Source of the DNA: Alphaproteobacteria bacterium
GTDB lineage: Bacteria > Pseudomonadota > Alphaproteobacteria > UBA2966
Length of the DNA: 64,000 bases
Assembly: GCA_964291395.2 (NCBI GenBank)
Contig: OZ219856.1
Span: forward strand, 1,600,001 to 1,664,000
Direction of reading: 5' to 3'
The notes under the pieces were generated by a model that worked only from the letters and a program-made list of their open reading frames with translations, ran no database searches and was not told the DNA's origin. Below are positions 28,791 through 38,998 of this stretch, piece after piece (the first letter of the stretch is position 1; the number at the start of each line of letters is the position of its first letter). A program made the translations under genes and the position numbers.

Positions 28791-29654
28791 ATGGCCGAGG
28801 AAAAACGCCGCAAGGTCACGCTCAACCACATCCGCGGCAAGAAGGAACGCGGCGAACGTATCACCTCGATCGGCGTCTACGACGCCCCGATGGCGGCGAT
28901 CGCCGACCGGGTCGGCTTCGATCTCCTGATCAACGGCAATGCCGGCCCCATGTCCCTGCTAGGCCACCCGGACCCCACCACCGTCACGTTCGAGGAGCAG
29001 CTCTTCCTCACCAAGGCCGTGAGCCGGGTCACGGAGTACGGCTTCGTCGTGGGGCACCTCCCGTTTCTCACCTATCACGCCTCCAAGGAGCAGGCGATCG
29101 TCAACTCCGGCCGCATGATCAGCGAAGGCGGCGCCGATTCGGTCAAGTTCGAGGGCAACAAGTACACCGCCGAATACGTGGCGGAGGTCGTTCGCGCCGG
29201 CATCCCGGTGATGGGCCATATCGGCATGCAGGCATCACGCCGTTCGGAACAAAGCGGGTTCGGCATCAAGGGCCGCACATCGGAGGACGCCGCCGAGATC
29301 GTCGAAGGCGCACGCGCCTTCGTCGAGGCCGGCGCCTGGGGCTTCATTCTGGAGCAGGTGCCGACGGAACTCGCGGCGTTCCTGACCGAGGACCTACCGG
29401 TGCCGGTCATCACCCTGGGCGGCGGCCGGGTCAACGACGGGGTCTATCACATCAGCGGAGACGTCGTAGGCTACAGTGCCTTCCCCATTCCCAGGAACCG
29501 CGGCGCCTACGCGGACGTCGGCAGCGTCATGGAGGACGCGCTGCGCCGCTACCGGGACGAATCGGCCGCCGGCAGCTATCCGCCGGAAGAGAACACCTTC
29601 CACATGCAGCCCGCGGAACACGAGAAATTCCTCGCCCTGGTGGCGAAGAAGTGA
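28791..29654 (+). CDS. panB: Ketopantoate hydroxymethyltransferase-like protein (divergent PanB family)
   Basis: GERITSIGVYD, SVKFEG, AGIPVMGHIG, AGAWGFILEQVP, VPVITLG.G...DG, GSYP. Metal-ligand aspartates appear substituted. Confidence 0.75.
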   Translation: MAEEKRRKVTLNHIRGKKERGERITSIGVYDAPMAAIADRVGFDLLINGNAGPMSLLGHPDPTTVTFEEQLFLTKAVSRVTEYGFVVGHLPFLTYHASKEQAIVNSGRMISEGGADSVKFEGNKYTAEYVAEVVRAGIPVMGHIGMQASRRSEQSGFGIKGRTSEDAAEIVEGARAFVEAGAWGFILEQVPTELAAFLTEDLPVPVITLGGGRVNDGVYHISGDVVGYSAFPIPRNRGAYADVGSVMEDALRRYRDESAAGSYPPEENTFHMQPAEHEKFLALVAKK

Positions 29655-29699
29655 CGGGGGTATCGCCGAGCAGCACGGAGAACTCCCGCGGCGCCGCGG

Positions 29700-30458
29700 T
29701 CAACCGGCCAGATACCCGCCGTCGACGTAAAGCTCGGCCCCCGTGATGTACGACGCCTCGTCGGAGGCGAGGAACAGGACGGCGTTCGCCACCTCGATGG
29801 GCTCGCCGGTGCGGCCCAACGGTATGCGGGCCATCCACTGCTCCCGCAGGGCCGGATGAGTCGTGAGCTTCACGGTGCGCATGGGCGGCATGATGCCGGG
29901 GTGCACGCTGTTGACCCGAATGCCGTGCCGGCCGTTCTGCACGGCGGCGGCCTTGGTGATGAGGCGTACGCCGCCCTTGGTCGCGTTGTAGCCGATATGG
30001 ACGACGTCCTGCCCGATGTTCCCCGATATGGACGAGATATTCACGATGGAGCCGCCGCCATTCTCGCGCATGACGGGGACGACGGCCCTCATGCCGAGAA
30101 AGACGCCGCGCAGGTTCACGTCCATGAGCGTGTTGAAGGCGCCGAGATCCATGGAGTCTTCGGTGGAACTGCCCGTGAAGCCCGCGTTGTTGACGAGGAT
30201 GTCGACCCGCCCTTCCCGCTCCACCGTCCGGGAAACGACGGCGCTCCAGTCATCTTCCGAAGCCACGTCGAGGCGCGCGAAGGTCGCCTTGCCGCCGCTG
30301 CCGGTGATTTCGTCGGCCACCTCCCGACCCGTGTCCTCCGTCACGTCGGCGGCAACCACCGTCGCGCCTTCCCGCGCGAACAGTCTCGCCTCTTCCGCTC
30401 CCATGCCGCTTGCCGCACCGGTGACAATGGCGATCTTTCCGTCGAGCCGCATCGACAT
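29700..30458 (-). CDS. Short-chain dehydrogenase/reductase
   Basis: TGAASGMG, NNAG, YNATK, IRVNSVHPG. Confidence 0.92.
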   Translation of the reverse strand: MSMRLDGKIAIVTGAASGMGAEEARLFAREGATVVAADVTEDTGREVADEITGSGGKATFARLDVASEDDWSAVVSRTVEREGRVDILVNNAGFTGSSTEDSMDLGAFNTLMDVNLRGVFLGMRAVVPVMRENGGGSIVNISSISGNIGQDVVHIGYNATKGGVRLITKAAAVQNGRHGIRVNSVHPGIMPPMRTVKLTTHPALREQWMARIPLGRTGEPIEVANAVLFLASDEASYITGAELYVDGGYLAG

Positions 30459-30602
30459 ACCTCCCCTGACTTGCGTTCGAATTCCCGCTCCCTTATGGAG
30501 CAGCGGGTGTGTCGAATCAATCGCCGCCGACCGTCACTCCCGACCCGTCGGTCCCGAGACCGGTGAAACCCGGTGACGACATCGAGAGTCCGAGGAACGA
30601 TC

Positions 30603-31433
30603 ATGTATGACCTCTCCGGCAAAACCGCTCTCGTCACCGGCGCGGGAGGTGAAAAGGGCTTCGGCCGCGCCATCGCGAACAGGCTCGCAAAGGAAGGCGC
30701 CGGCGTCGCGGTCAACGACATGACGGCCAACCCGTACGGCAGGGACGATTGGGGCGGCATCGACGCCGTCGTCGAAGAGATCCGATCGGGCGGCGGCGAG
30801 GCCATGCGGGCGCTCGCGGATGTCTCCGACGCGGCCGCCGTCGATTCCATGGTGGACGAGGTCGTCTCGCGCTTCGGCCGCCTCGACATTCTGGTGGCGA
30901 ACGCGGGATCGCGCCCGGGCAGGGACCGGGTGCCGTTGGTCGAACTCACGGAAGAGGCCTTCGACGAGGTTCAACGCGTCAACGTGAAAGGGACGTTCCT
31001 GTGCTGCCGCGCGGCGGCCCGGCACATGGTCGCGCGCGACGGCGGCGGCCGCATCATCATCATCGCCTCCACCGCCGGAAAACGCGGCGTGGCCCGCTTC
31101 TCGGCCTATGTCGCCTCCAAGTTCGCGCTCGTGGGATTCACCCAGTCTCTCGCCCTTGAATTGGGACCGAGCCGGATCACCGTGAACGCGATCTGCCCGG
31201 GTTTCGCGATGACCGAGCGCATGACCGAGATCGCCGGCGCCCTGAAGAGCGAGGGCGAAAGTCTCGAGGAGAAACTGGCGAGCATGCACCGGGAACGATC
31301 GGACTCGACACCGCTCGGGCGGACCACGGAGCCCGAGGATGTCGCCAACATGGCGGCGTTCCTCGCCTCCGATCAGTCGAGCTTCGTGACTGGTCTGGCC
31401 CTTTCCGTCGCCGGCGGCAACGTCATGTCCTAG
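30603..31433 (+). CDS. Short-chain dehydrogenase/reductase
   Basis: TGAGGEKGFG, ANAG, YVASK, VNAICPG. Confidence 0.9.
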   Translation: MYDLSGKTALVTGAGGEKGFGRAIANRLAKEGAGVAVNDMTANPYGRDDWGGIDAVVEEIRSGGGEAMRALADVSDAAAVDSMVDEVVSRFGRLDILVANAGSRPGRDRVPLVELTEEAFDEVQRVNVKGTFLCCRAAARHMVARDGGGRIIIIASTAGKRGVARFSAYVASKFALVGFTQSLALELGPSRITVNAICPGFAMTERMTEIAGALKSEGESLEEKLASMHRERSDSTPLGRTTEPEDVANMAAFLASDQSSFVTGLALSVAGGNVMS

Positions 31434-31459
31434 TGTCCGATGGGTAACGCCGGGCCCCG

Positions 31460-31888
31460 CTACGGATAAACGATGCCGTGCCGCCCGTCCCCGAAGCTCG
31501 GCACCGTATCGGAAACGACCCCGTAGTCCGCCGCATCGTCGACGTGAATGTTCGCGGCAAACTCCAGTCCCGACGGCTGATCGATCGTGCCCGCCGCGAT
31601 CCCTATCGTGGAGCTGTCGTCGGGATCGAAGAACAGGCTGGCGCCGCACCTGGCGCAAAATCCGCGTCGGGCCTTCTCGGACGACCGGTACCAGGCGAGG
31701 CAGCCGTCGTCCTCGATGGTCAGATCCTCGCGCACGGCCCGGGTCGCCTGCCAAACGGCGCCGACGGCGCGGCGGCACATCTCGCAGTGGCACTGGAGGA
31801 GTTGGCGCCGGACGGCGCTCGCCTTGTAGCGGACACCGCCGCAAAGGCAGTGCCCGGAAACATTCTTGACGGCATTGGAGTTCGGCAT
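31460..31888 (-). CDS. GFA (CENP-V/Mss4-like) family protein
   Basis: GHCLCGGVRY, CHCEMCRR, WYRSS..ARRGFCARCG. Confidence 0.9.
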   Translation of the reverse strand: MPNSNAVKNVSGHCLCGGVRYKASAVRRQLLQCHCEMCRRAVGAVWQATRAVREDLTIEDDGCLAWYRSSEKARRGFCARCGASLFFDPDDSSTIGIAAGTIDQPSGLEFAANIHVDDAADYGVVSDTVPSFGDGRHGIVYP

Positions 31889-32101
31889 GACGGGCCTCCG
31901 GTTCACATGGGAATTTCCCGGACCACGGCAAATTTGAACCCTTCGCGACGATGCCGCAAGAGACCGCCAAACGGGGCCACGTATGAGGGTTGGCGCCAGC
32001 GGATGGGAGGTCCGTCATGCGCGGCGCGTGATATCACGCCGCGAGTCGGTTAGAAAGCGGGATGCTCCCCGCCTTCCGCGGACCACCGATGCCTGCAGCC
32101 C

Positions 32102-32936
32102 ATGTCTGACCTCACGGTCCCCATCATCCGGCATCCCGACCCGGACAAGTCGCGGCCGGTCGTCGTCAGCATCCCGCACTTCGGGACCGAAGCCATTCCG
32201 GATATCCGGCCCGAAGACTATTCGGTCCCCGAATTCGTACATCTGCCCGTGGGGATATGCCGACACCTTCGCCGCAGACGTCTATGGGCGGGCGCACGAC
32301 CACGGCGCGACCGTCGTCGCGACACCCTACTCCCGCCTGTTCGTCGACGTGAACCGCCGGCGCGACGACTTCGCTTGCGATGACGGGGTTGTCACTTCGA
32401 CGCGGGGCGTATTCCGAACCCACACACGGCGCGGCAAGCCGATTTTCGCGAAGCCCATGGCGGAAGCCCGCGCCGAGCATATTCTCGCCGCCTACTACGA
32501 TCCCTATCACGAGGCCCTCGACGGCATGATCGAGGATATGCGCAACCGGCACGACCGCCTGCTGCTGCTGGATTCGCACACGGCCAGCCCCGACCGAATC
32601 GGGAAGCACGAGGTCGTCATCGGCACGCGAGGCGGCGTGACGGCGGATCGGACGATCGTCGAGCGCATCAAAGACCTCGTCGCGGCCGCGGGCGTCGACG
32701 TTCACGAGGATGTTCCCGGATATGCCGGCGGGCACATCGTGCGGCGCTACGGGGAAAACCAGCCGCCGGACGTGCACGCCGTTCAGATCGAGATCAATGC
32801 GGCTCTGCTCACGACGACACCGCGCGAAGAGCTGGTGCCGAAGATGATCCGCGGCGAGCGGCCCGGCAAGCACGCGGAGAACATCACGCGGATGCGGCGC
32901 TGCGTCGCGGCGATCGTGAAGGAAACGTTCGGATAG
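32102..32936 (+). pseudogene. N-formylglutamate amidohydrolase family protein (apparent +1 frameshift near 32247)
   Basis: VVVSIPHFGT in one frame; SRLFVDVNR, YYDPYH, LLDSHT, GYAGGHI, VHAVQIEIN in the next. Confidence 0.75.
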
Positions 32937-32966
32937 AGCGGCACCCGGCCTGGACAGGGTATCCCG

Positions 32967-33635
32967 CTACACCGTGAACGGCTCGCCGTCGAAGGCGCCG
33001 CGGGTGGCGATTTCCTCGACCGGCTTGCGCCGCAGTCTCGTGAGCTGCTTGACCGGCTTGCCCAGGGGCACGAGAGCGCTTACCGCATATTCCGGCGGAA
33101 CGTTGAGCAGCTTCTTCACCTCCGGCTCGTTGGCCACCGGCACGGTGGTGATGGTGCCGCCGAAACCCGCCTGTCGTGCGGCGAGGAGGGTGTTCCAGAC
33201 GAACGGATAGATGGAGGCCCCGCTGATCACGCCGATGCGGTCGAGTTCCTTGTCCATTGACGCCACGACTCGGAGGTCGACGGCGAACACGAGCACGACG
33301 GAGGCGTTGCGGTAGGGTTCGACCAGAATGTCGAGGGGCGGCGTTTCTTCGATCCGTTGCGCCGTGACGTCAGAGGGAACGATGGTGTTCCAGGGGCTCT
33401 CGCCCGCATCCCGCTGCGCCGCGTAAATCTTGGCGGGCTGCTCGGCGATCTTCGAGATCCGGTCGCGGGTTTCCTGATCCCTGACGATGATCACGCGGTT
33501 CCCTTGACGGTTGCCGCCGCTCGGCGCGAATCGCGCGATGTCGAGAATGCCGTAAATCACTTCGTCGGGCACCGGATCGCCCGTGTAGTCGCGCGCCGAA
33601 AAGGTGGTCCGCATGACATCGTTGAGTTCCATCAC
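32967..33635 (-). CDS. Nitroreductase family protein
   Basis: ARFAPSGGNRQG, GASIYPFVWNTLLAAR..GFGG, LRRKPVEE. Confidence 0.9.
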   Translation of the reverse strand: MMELNDVMRTTFSARDYTGDPVPDEVIYGILDIARFAPSGGNRQGNRVIIVRDQETRDRISKIAEQPAKIYAAQRDAGESPWNTIVPSDVTAQRIEETPPLDILVEPYRNASVVLVFAVDLRVVASMDKELDRIGVISGASIYPFVWNTLLAARQAGFGGTITTVPVANEPEVKKLLNVPPEYAVSALVPLGKPVKQLTRLRRKPVEEIATRGAFDGEPFTV

Positions 33636-33753
33636 TACCTCTCCCGCCTGATACGACGATTCGGCATTACTCTATCAGGTTCGTGCCTGCCGTTGCCCGG
33701 TTCCATGAGACGTGGTTTTGATTGGGCATCGCGAACCTGCCGGAGACCATGCC

Positions 33754-34851
33754 GTGAAGATCAGAAACCTCACCGTCAAGTCGCTGCACTGGGATCTCGA
33801 CCCTCCCCTCTCGAATCCGGTTCTCACCTGGTACAAGAAGGAGATCGTGCTCGCCTTCATAGAGACCGACACCGGGTTGACGGGTGTCGGCGAGGGCTGG
33901 GTGGCTGGCGGAACGGCGCGTGCGCTGGCCGCCACGCTCGAGGACGACATCGCACCGGTGGTCGTCGGCAGAGACCCGCGTCACATCGCCGCGATCTGGG
34001 AAGACATGGATTTCAGCCGCAGCATCAACGCCCGCCCGGGCCTGATCCGGGCGGCGATGTCGGCCGTCGACATGGCTCTCTGGGACGTGCTCGCCCGGCA
34101 CGCCGGGCTGCCGCTCTATCAGCTGCTCGGCGGGCATTCCGACCACGCCTATGTCTATGCAAGCGCGGGCCTCTACGGGAAGGACAAGTCCGTTTCGGAT
34201 CTCGCCGGGGAGATGTCGGGCTACATCGCCCGGGGGTTCACCTCCGTCAAGATGAAGGTCGGCGGTGCTCCCCTCGATGTCGACGTCGAGCGCGTAAAGG
34301 CGGCGCGGGAGGCGATCGGACCCGACCATCGCCTGATGATCGACGCCGTCTGCGGCATGACCACCCACGACGCCCTCGCGCTGGCGGAACGCGTCAGGCC
34401 GTTCGACATCTACTTCTTCGAGCAGCCTGTCGCCGCCTACGACTACGATGGCATGGCGGTGATCAACGCGCGGAGCGGCATCCCCGTCGCGGGCAACGAG
34501 AACTTCATCGACCAGCGGGAGTTCCACGAGCTCCTGGTTCGCAGGTCCGTCACCTTTACCCAGTTCGATCTGGCGATCTGCGGAGGCATCACGGAAGGCT
34601 TGCGCATCGCCGCGACCGCACGCCCCTGGTACAGCCCCACGACCATTCACAGCGCGAGCTCCATCGTCTGCATGGCCGCGAGCCTCCACACGGCGGCAGC
34701 TCTGTCCAACTGCGAATCCGTTGAGTATCACATGCTGCACCGCTGGCTGTTCGACCGCGCGCCCGACGGATTCCTGGCGGTCGAGGACTCACGCATCCGG
34801 CTGTCCGACCGCCCGGGCCTGGGCCTTGATCTCAATCCGGATGATTTCTGA
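33754..34851 (+). CDS. Mandelate racemase/muconate lactonizing enzyme family protein
   Basis: ETDTGLTGVGE, SAVDMALWD, KMK, metal ligands D/E/E (MIDA, FFEQP, GNEN), RPGLG. Confidence 0.9.
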   Translation: MKIRNLTVKSLHWDLDPPLSNPVLTWYKKEIVLAFIETDTGLTGVGEGWVAGGTARALAATLEDDIAPVVVGRDPRHIAAIWEDMDFSRSINARPGLIRAAMSAVDMALWDVLARHAGLPLYQLLGGHSDHAYVYASAGLYGKDKSVSDLAGEMSGYIARGFTSVKMKVGGAPLDVDVERVKAAREAIGPDHRLMIDAVCGMTTHDALALAERVRPFDIYFFEQPVAAYDYDGMAVINARSGIPVAGNENFIDQREFHELLVRRSVTFTQFDLAICGGITEGLRIAATARPWYSPTTIHSASSIVCMAASLHTAAALSNCESVEYHMLHRWLFDRAPDGFLAVEDSRIRLSDRPGLGLDLNPDDF

Positions 34852-34930
34852 CTCCGTCGCCCCGTCCCTCTCCCATCCGCTTCCACCACCGCAACCCCGA
34901 TGGTCGGATAACGGGATACGAGGGGAAGGC

Positions 34931-35701
34931 TCAATCCCGGGGATTGATCATGCCGGACTGGCCGCCTGTCACGTCCACGATGGCCCCGGAAACGAACGAC
35001 GCCTCGTCCGAAAGAAGCCACAGGATGGCGTCCGCCACCTCCTCGGGTTTGCCGTCGCGCATCTCGGGGTTCTGGGCTACGAATTTCTCTATGCGGTCGG
35101 GCCAATTCGCGTTGATGTGGAAGTTCGTGATGACGAATCCGGGCCGCACGGCGTTTACGCGCACGCGTTGCTGCGCCACCTCCTTGGACAGCCCGATCGT
35201 GTACGTGTCCGCGGCGCCGTTCGACGCCGCGTAGTGGATCCAGTAGCCGGGCGCCCCGTGCTGGGTGGCCGGCGAGGTCACGTTGACGATCGCGCCCCCT
35301 TCCCCGCCATGTTTCGGCATCATGCGCCTCAGGGCCTCGCGACAACACAGAATGATGCCCATCACCTTGGTGTCCATGGTCACCTGAATGTCCGCGGCCG
35401 TCACCTGATCGGCCGTGGCCCGGCCCGGCACGAAACCCGCATTGTTGACCAGAGCCGTCACCGGGCCGAGCTCCCGGTCCACCGTCTCGAACATGCCGAG
35501 AACGTCATCTTCCTTGCCAACGTCCGCTTTCACGGCGATCGCCTTGCGTCCGAGCTTCCCGATCTCCGCCACGACGGCTTCGGCCTCGGCCGATCGGCTG
35601 CGGTAGTTGACGCAGACGTCATACCCGCGCCGGGCGCCGACCCGCGCGGTTGCCGCCCCGATCCCCGTGCTTGCTCCGGTGACGATGAGAACTCCGCTCA
35701 C
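34931..35701 (-). CDS. Short-chain dehydrogenase/reductase (YgfF-like; catalytic motif YAASN)
   Basis: TGASTGIG, NNAG, VRVNAVRPG, EEVADAILWLLSDEAS. Confidence 0.88.
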   Translation of the reverse strand: MSGVLIVTGASTGIGAATARVGARRGYDVCVNYRSRSAEAEAVVAEIGKLGRKAIAVKADVGKEDDVLGMFETVDRELGPVTALVNNAGFVPGRATADQVTAADIQVTMDTKVMGIILCCREALRRMMPKHGGEGGAIVNVTSPATQHGAPGYWIHYAASNGAADTYTIGLSKEVAQQRVRVNAVRPGFVITNFHINANWPDRIEKFVAQNPEMRDGKPEEVADAILWLLSDEASFVSGAIVDVTGGQSGMINPRD

Positions 35702-35739
35702 ACCTGACCTCCTACGTTTCTGGCTAAAGAGGATAAGCT

Positions 35740-37758
35740 CTAGACGGCCGGTTCGCGCAAAACGGGACGCACGTGGGCCAACTCTCCGGACGACGCCTGG
35801 ATGAGTCTCAAAGTCGAAGGTCCGATGATGACCGCGCCGTCGGCGTTCGCCTCGGAGATGCGCGCCCAGCCGCGGACGTTGGCGCCCTTCCCGGCCGCGA
35901 CCTCTATCATCTCGCCTTCGGCCACGCCGAGACGTACCGCCGCTTCACTGGAGATCGCCAGAAGGCGCTTGGGGCCGTCGAACATCTCGTCGTTGGCCGC
36001 GTGAACGGTCAGCGTGACCCGCGCGGCCGAAAGCGCCCTGCGTTTCCCGGCCGTACGCTTCTCGTCGACCCCGTCGCGGCCGTTCAGAACCACGCCAAAG
36101 CGCTTCTCCGCCTGCTCTTCGGTCAATAGGCCGTCCTTCACGTCTCGCCGGACTGCCACGGTATCGCGCATCAGCGGGTCGCCGTATCCCCCGCCGCCCG
36201 CCCCTTCCATGCGCACGATGTCGCCGGGCCCCACCGGAAACCCGGTCACTTTTCCCGGTATCGGAGACGGTTCGGCGACGACCCCGTCGCGCAGAACCAC
36301 GAAGCGGTTGGCCGCCGGATTCCTCGCTCCCTTCACGCTGTAAGGCGGAATGACGTTCTTGTCGGACAGCACCGACAAGGTGGAGTGGTCGTTGAACACG
36401 CGGATGTCCCGGCGGATTCCGAAGCCGCCCCGCCATTGGCCGTCGCCACAGCTCCCTTCCCGCAGCTCGCAACGCTCGACGCGCAGCGGGTTCTGGCTTT
36501 CGACGATTTCCGACGACTGGATGGCATTGAAGTCGCCTTCCGTGTAGACGCGAATGCCGTTGTGACCGTCGCGGCCGTGGATGGCCCCCGTCCCGCCCGA
36601 AGGGTATTCGTAGAGCAGGTAGATACCATCGATGTCGGGATGGGGACCCGAGATGTAGGTGTGATTGGCCGAGCAACGCGCGTCCCCGGTCATCATTTCG
36701 GGAACGATCTGGCCGAACGCGGCGGCCACCGTCGAATCGAGCAGGTACTTGACCTCCGCCATGCCGCCGCAAGGCGCGGGGAGGCGGGCATTGAGAAAAC
36801 TGCCCTCGGGAACGAGCACCTCGATCGGCGCGAAGGACCCGTGGTTGATCGGCGAGTCGGGATCGAGGAAGGACTTGGCGATGGTCACGACGGCGTTTCG
36901 CGCCATCGCTGGTCCGACGTTGGTGGGTCCTGCCGATTGTGGGGATGATCCCGAAAAATCCGCGACCAGCGAGTCCCCCGCGACCGTCAGCTTGAGCTTG
37001 GCGACGAGCGGCTCCGGGTTGTGCCCGTCGCTCTCGATGTAGCCTTCCGCAAAGTAGTCGCCGTCCGGCAGCTCGCCGATCCGCCGGCGTTGATAGGCTT
37101 CGCCCCGTCGTATCAATTCCTCGATGCCCTCGAGGAACGTCTCCGGACCGAACCGACCAAACAACCGCCGGAGGTGCTCCGCCGCCTTGCGCACGGTCCC
37201 GTGCATGGTGTTGAAGTCGCCGCGCCGTTCCGTCGGGACGCGCATGTTGTCGATGAGCAGCTTCAGGAACGCCTCGTTCATCTCGCCCCGGTCGCAGATC
37301 TTCGTCGGCGTCACCCGCAACCCTTCCTGAAGGATCTCCTTGACGCGCCCGGAAATGGAGCCCGCCGACATCCCGCCGACATCGCCCCAGTGGCAGCGCA
37401 CGGCAGCGAACATGACGTGCCGTTCATCGTGGAACACCGGGCACAACATCAGGATATCGTTGAGATGGGTGCCACCCGTGTACGGATCGTTGTGCAGGAA
37501 GATGTCGCCTTCGTGGATGCTGCCGGCGAATGCCTTCAGAACCTGCTGAGTCGAATAGGGCACCGCGAACAGGTGAATGGGGTGATCGTCGAGCGATTGC
37601 GCCACCTGCCGACCGTCCGCCGTGAGCAGCGCACAGGAAAAGTCATGGCCCTCGTAGATGATCGAGGAGTACGACGAATGGATGACGTTGGCGCGCATCT
37701 CCGCGGCGACCGCGACGAGCGATTCGCGAATCAACTCCAGCTCACCGAGTTCCCGCAT
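35740..37758 (-). CDS. Hydantoinase B/oxoprolinase family protein with C-terminal extension
   Basis: DFSCAL, NDPYTGGTHLND, HWGDVGG, GQWRGGFG, GGGGYGDP; about 100 extra C-terminal residues. Confidence 0.9.
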   Translation of the reverse strand: MRELGELELIRESLVAVAAEMRANVIHSSYSSIIYEGHDFSCALLTADGRQVAQSLDDHPIHLFAVPYSTQQVLKAFAGSIHEGDIFLHNDPYTGGTHLNDILMLCPVFHDERHVMFAAVRCHWGDVGGMSAGSISGRVKEILQEGLRVTPTKICDRGEMNEAFLKLLIDNMRVPTERRGDFNTMHGTVRKAAEHLRRLFGRFGPETFLEGIEELIRRGEAYQRRRIGELPDGDYFAEGYIESDGHNPEPLVAKLKLTVAGDSLVADFSGSSPQSAGPTNVGPAMARNAVVTIAKSFLDPDSPINHGSFAPIEVLVPEGSFLNARLPAPCGGMAEVKYLLDSTVAAAFGQIVPEMMTGDARCSANHTYISGPHPDIDGIYLLYEYPSGGTGAIHGRDGHNGIRVYTEGDFNAIQSSEIVESQNPLRVERCELREGSCGDGQWRGGFGIRRDIRVFNDHSTLSVLSDKNVIPPYSVKGARNPAANRFVVLRDGVVAEPSPIPGKVTGFPVGPGDIVRMEGAGGGGYGDPLMRDTVAVRRDVKDGLLTEEQAEKRFGVVLNGRDGVDEKRTAGKRRALSAARVTLTVHAANDEMFDGPKRLLAISSEAAVRLGVAEGEMIEVAAGKGANVRGWARISEANADGAVIIGPSTLRLIQASSGELAHVRPVLREPAV

Positions 37759-37919
37759 GAGACAAATTCCTCCGAAGTCCGGGGCCATCATAGGGCCAAG
37801 GCCGGACGTGCCGCCACCTCGCGCGACCTCGCGGCCGGCGGGGTCGGTCTGCTATCAAATCGATAGACCGAACCATCGGGCGCGTTTAGCCCGAGAGTCC
37901 TCATGAAAGGAACGAAACG

Positions 37920-38849
37920 ATGCCGGACAAGATCGTCTCGGTGGGCCGAGGCCTGGTAGGCCGCGCCTGGGCCATCGCCTTCGCGCGGGCCGGGCACGAC
38001 GTCGCGCTTGTCGGCCGAAAGGGCGTCGCCGCCGACGAAGCCTGGAGCGCGATCGACACCAATCTCAGGGATCTGGAGCGGGTCGGCGAGATCGAGTCCG
38101 CCACGGCCGTGCGAACGCGGATCATAGGCACCGACGACCTCGCCGACGCGCTGGACGGCGCCGTTCTGGCGATCGAGAGCTATCCGGAGGATCGGGATGT
38201 CAAGCACGCCCTCTTCGTGGAGATGGACCGCCTTGCGGGACCCGACTGCATCCTCTGCAGTTCCGCATCCGGCATCGGCGCCTCGGAATTCACGGAAGAC
38301 CTCGACGGCCGTCATCGCTGCGTGATCACCCACCCCTGCAACCCTCCGTCGTTCCTGCGCGTCGTCGAAATCTCACCCGCCCCGTGGACGGCACGGGAGG
38401 TCGTCGAGCGGTGCCGGAAGATCATGGAGGGCATCGGCAAATCCACGGTGATCGTCAAGAAGGAGATCATGGGTTTCATCCTCAACCGCCTGCACATCGC
38501 CCTGGTCGTCGAAGGCCTGAGGCTGGTCGATCGGGGATATGTTTCGGCCGAGGATCTGGAAAAGGTCGTGAAAGACGGCGTCGGACCCCGATGGGCCTTC
38601 ATGGGACCGTTCGAAACCCTGGACCTCAACGCTCCCGACGGCTGGCGGGAGGTGATGGGCTATTTCGGCGACCTCATGAAGCGCATGTATCCGGATCGGG
38701 GATGGGATGACGATGCCGTCGAGCAGGTCGACGAATACCGGCGCCGATATCTGCCGCGCGAGCGCCTTGACGACCGTCGGGCTTGGCGCGACCGTCAGCT
38801 CATGGCGCTTGACGTTCTCAAGCAGAAAGCTGATATGGAATGGCAATAA
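37920..38849 (+). CDS. 3-hydroxyacyl-CoA dehydrogenase family (L-gulonate 3-DH / carnitine DH-like)
   Basis: GLVGRAWAIAFARAG, ESYPE...K, THPCNPP, GFILNRL, RWAFMGPFETLDLNAP. Confidence 0.88.
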   Translation: MPDKIVSVGRGLVGRAWAIAFARAGHDVALVGRKGVAADEAWSAIDTNLRDLERVGEIESATAVRTRIIGTDDLADALDGAVLAIESYPEDRDVKHALFVEMDRLAGPDCILCSSASGIGASEFTEDLDGRHRCVITHPCNPPSFLRVVEISPAPWTAREVVERCRKIMEGIGKSTVIVKKEIMGFILNRLHIALVVEGLRLVDRGYVSAEDLEKVVKDGVGPRWAFMGPFETLDLNAPDGWREVMGYFGDLMKRMYPDRGWDDDAVEQVDEYRRRYLPRERLDDRRAWRDRQLMALDVLKQKADMEWQ

Positions 38850-38998
38850 TAGTCTTCAAGAAATTGAAATAAAGTGAAATTTAAGGAGGTCCTCTCCAAT
38901 ACCACCATCCACCGGCTGCCGGGTATCCGATATCCGATCCTCCGGGCCGGCATGGGCTGGAGCGCCTGTGGCGCCCCCGCCGCCGCGGCGGTCGTCTG

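Noticed and set aside
31460-31888. GFA protein as formaldehyde-detox partner of msm
   Set aside because: 16 kb away with no frmA/fghA nearby; the family is widespread and mostly not linked to formaldehyde.
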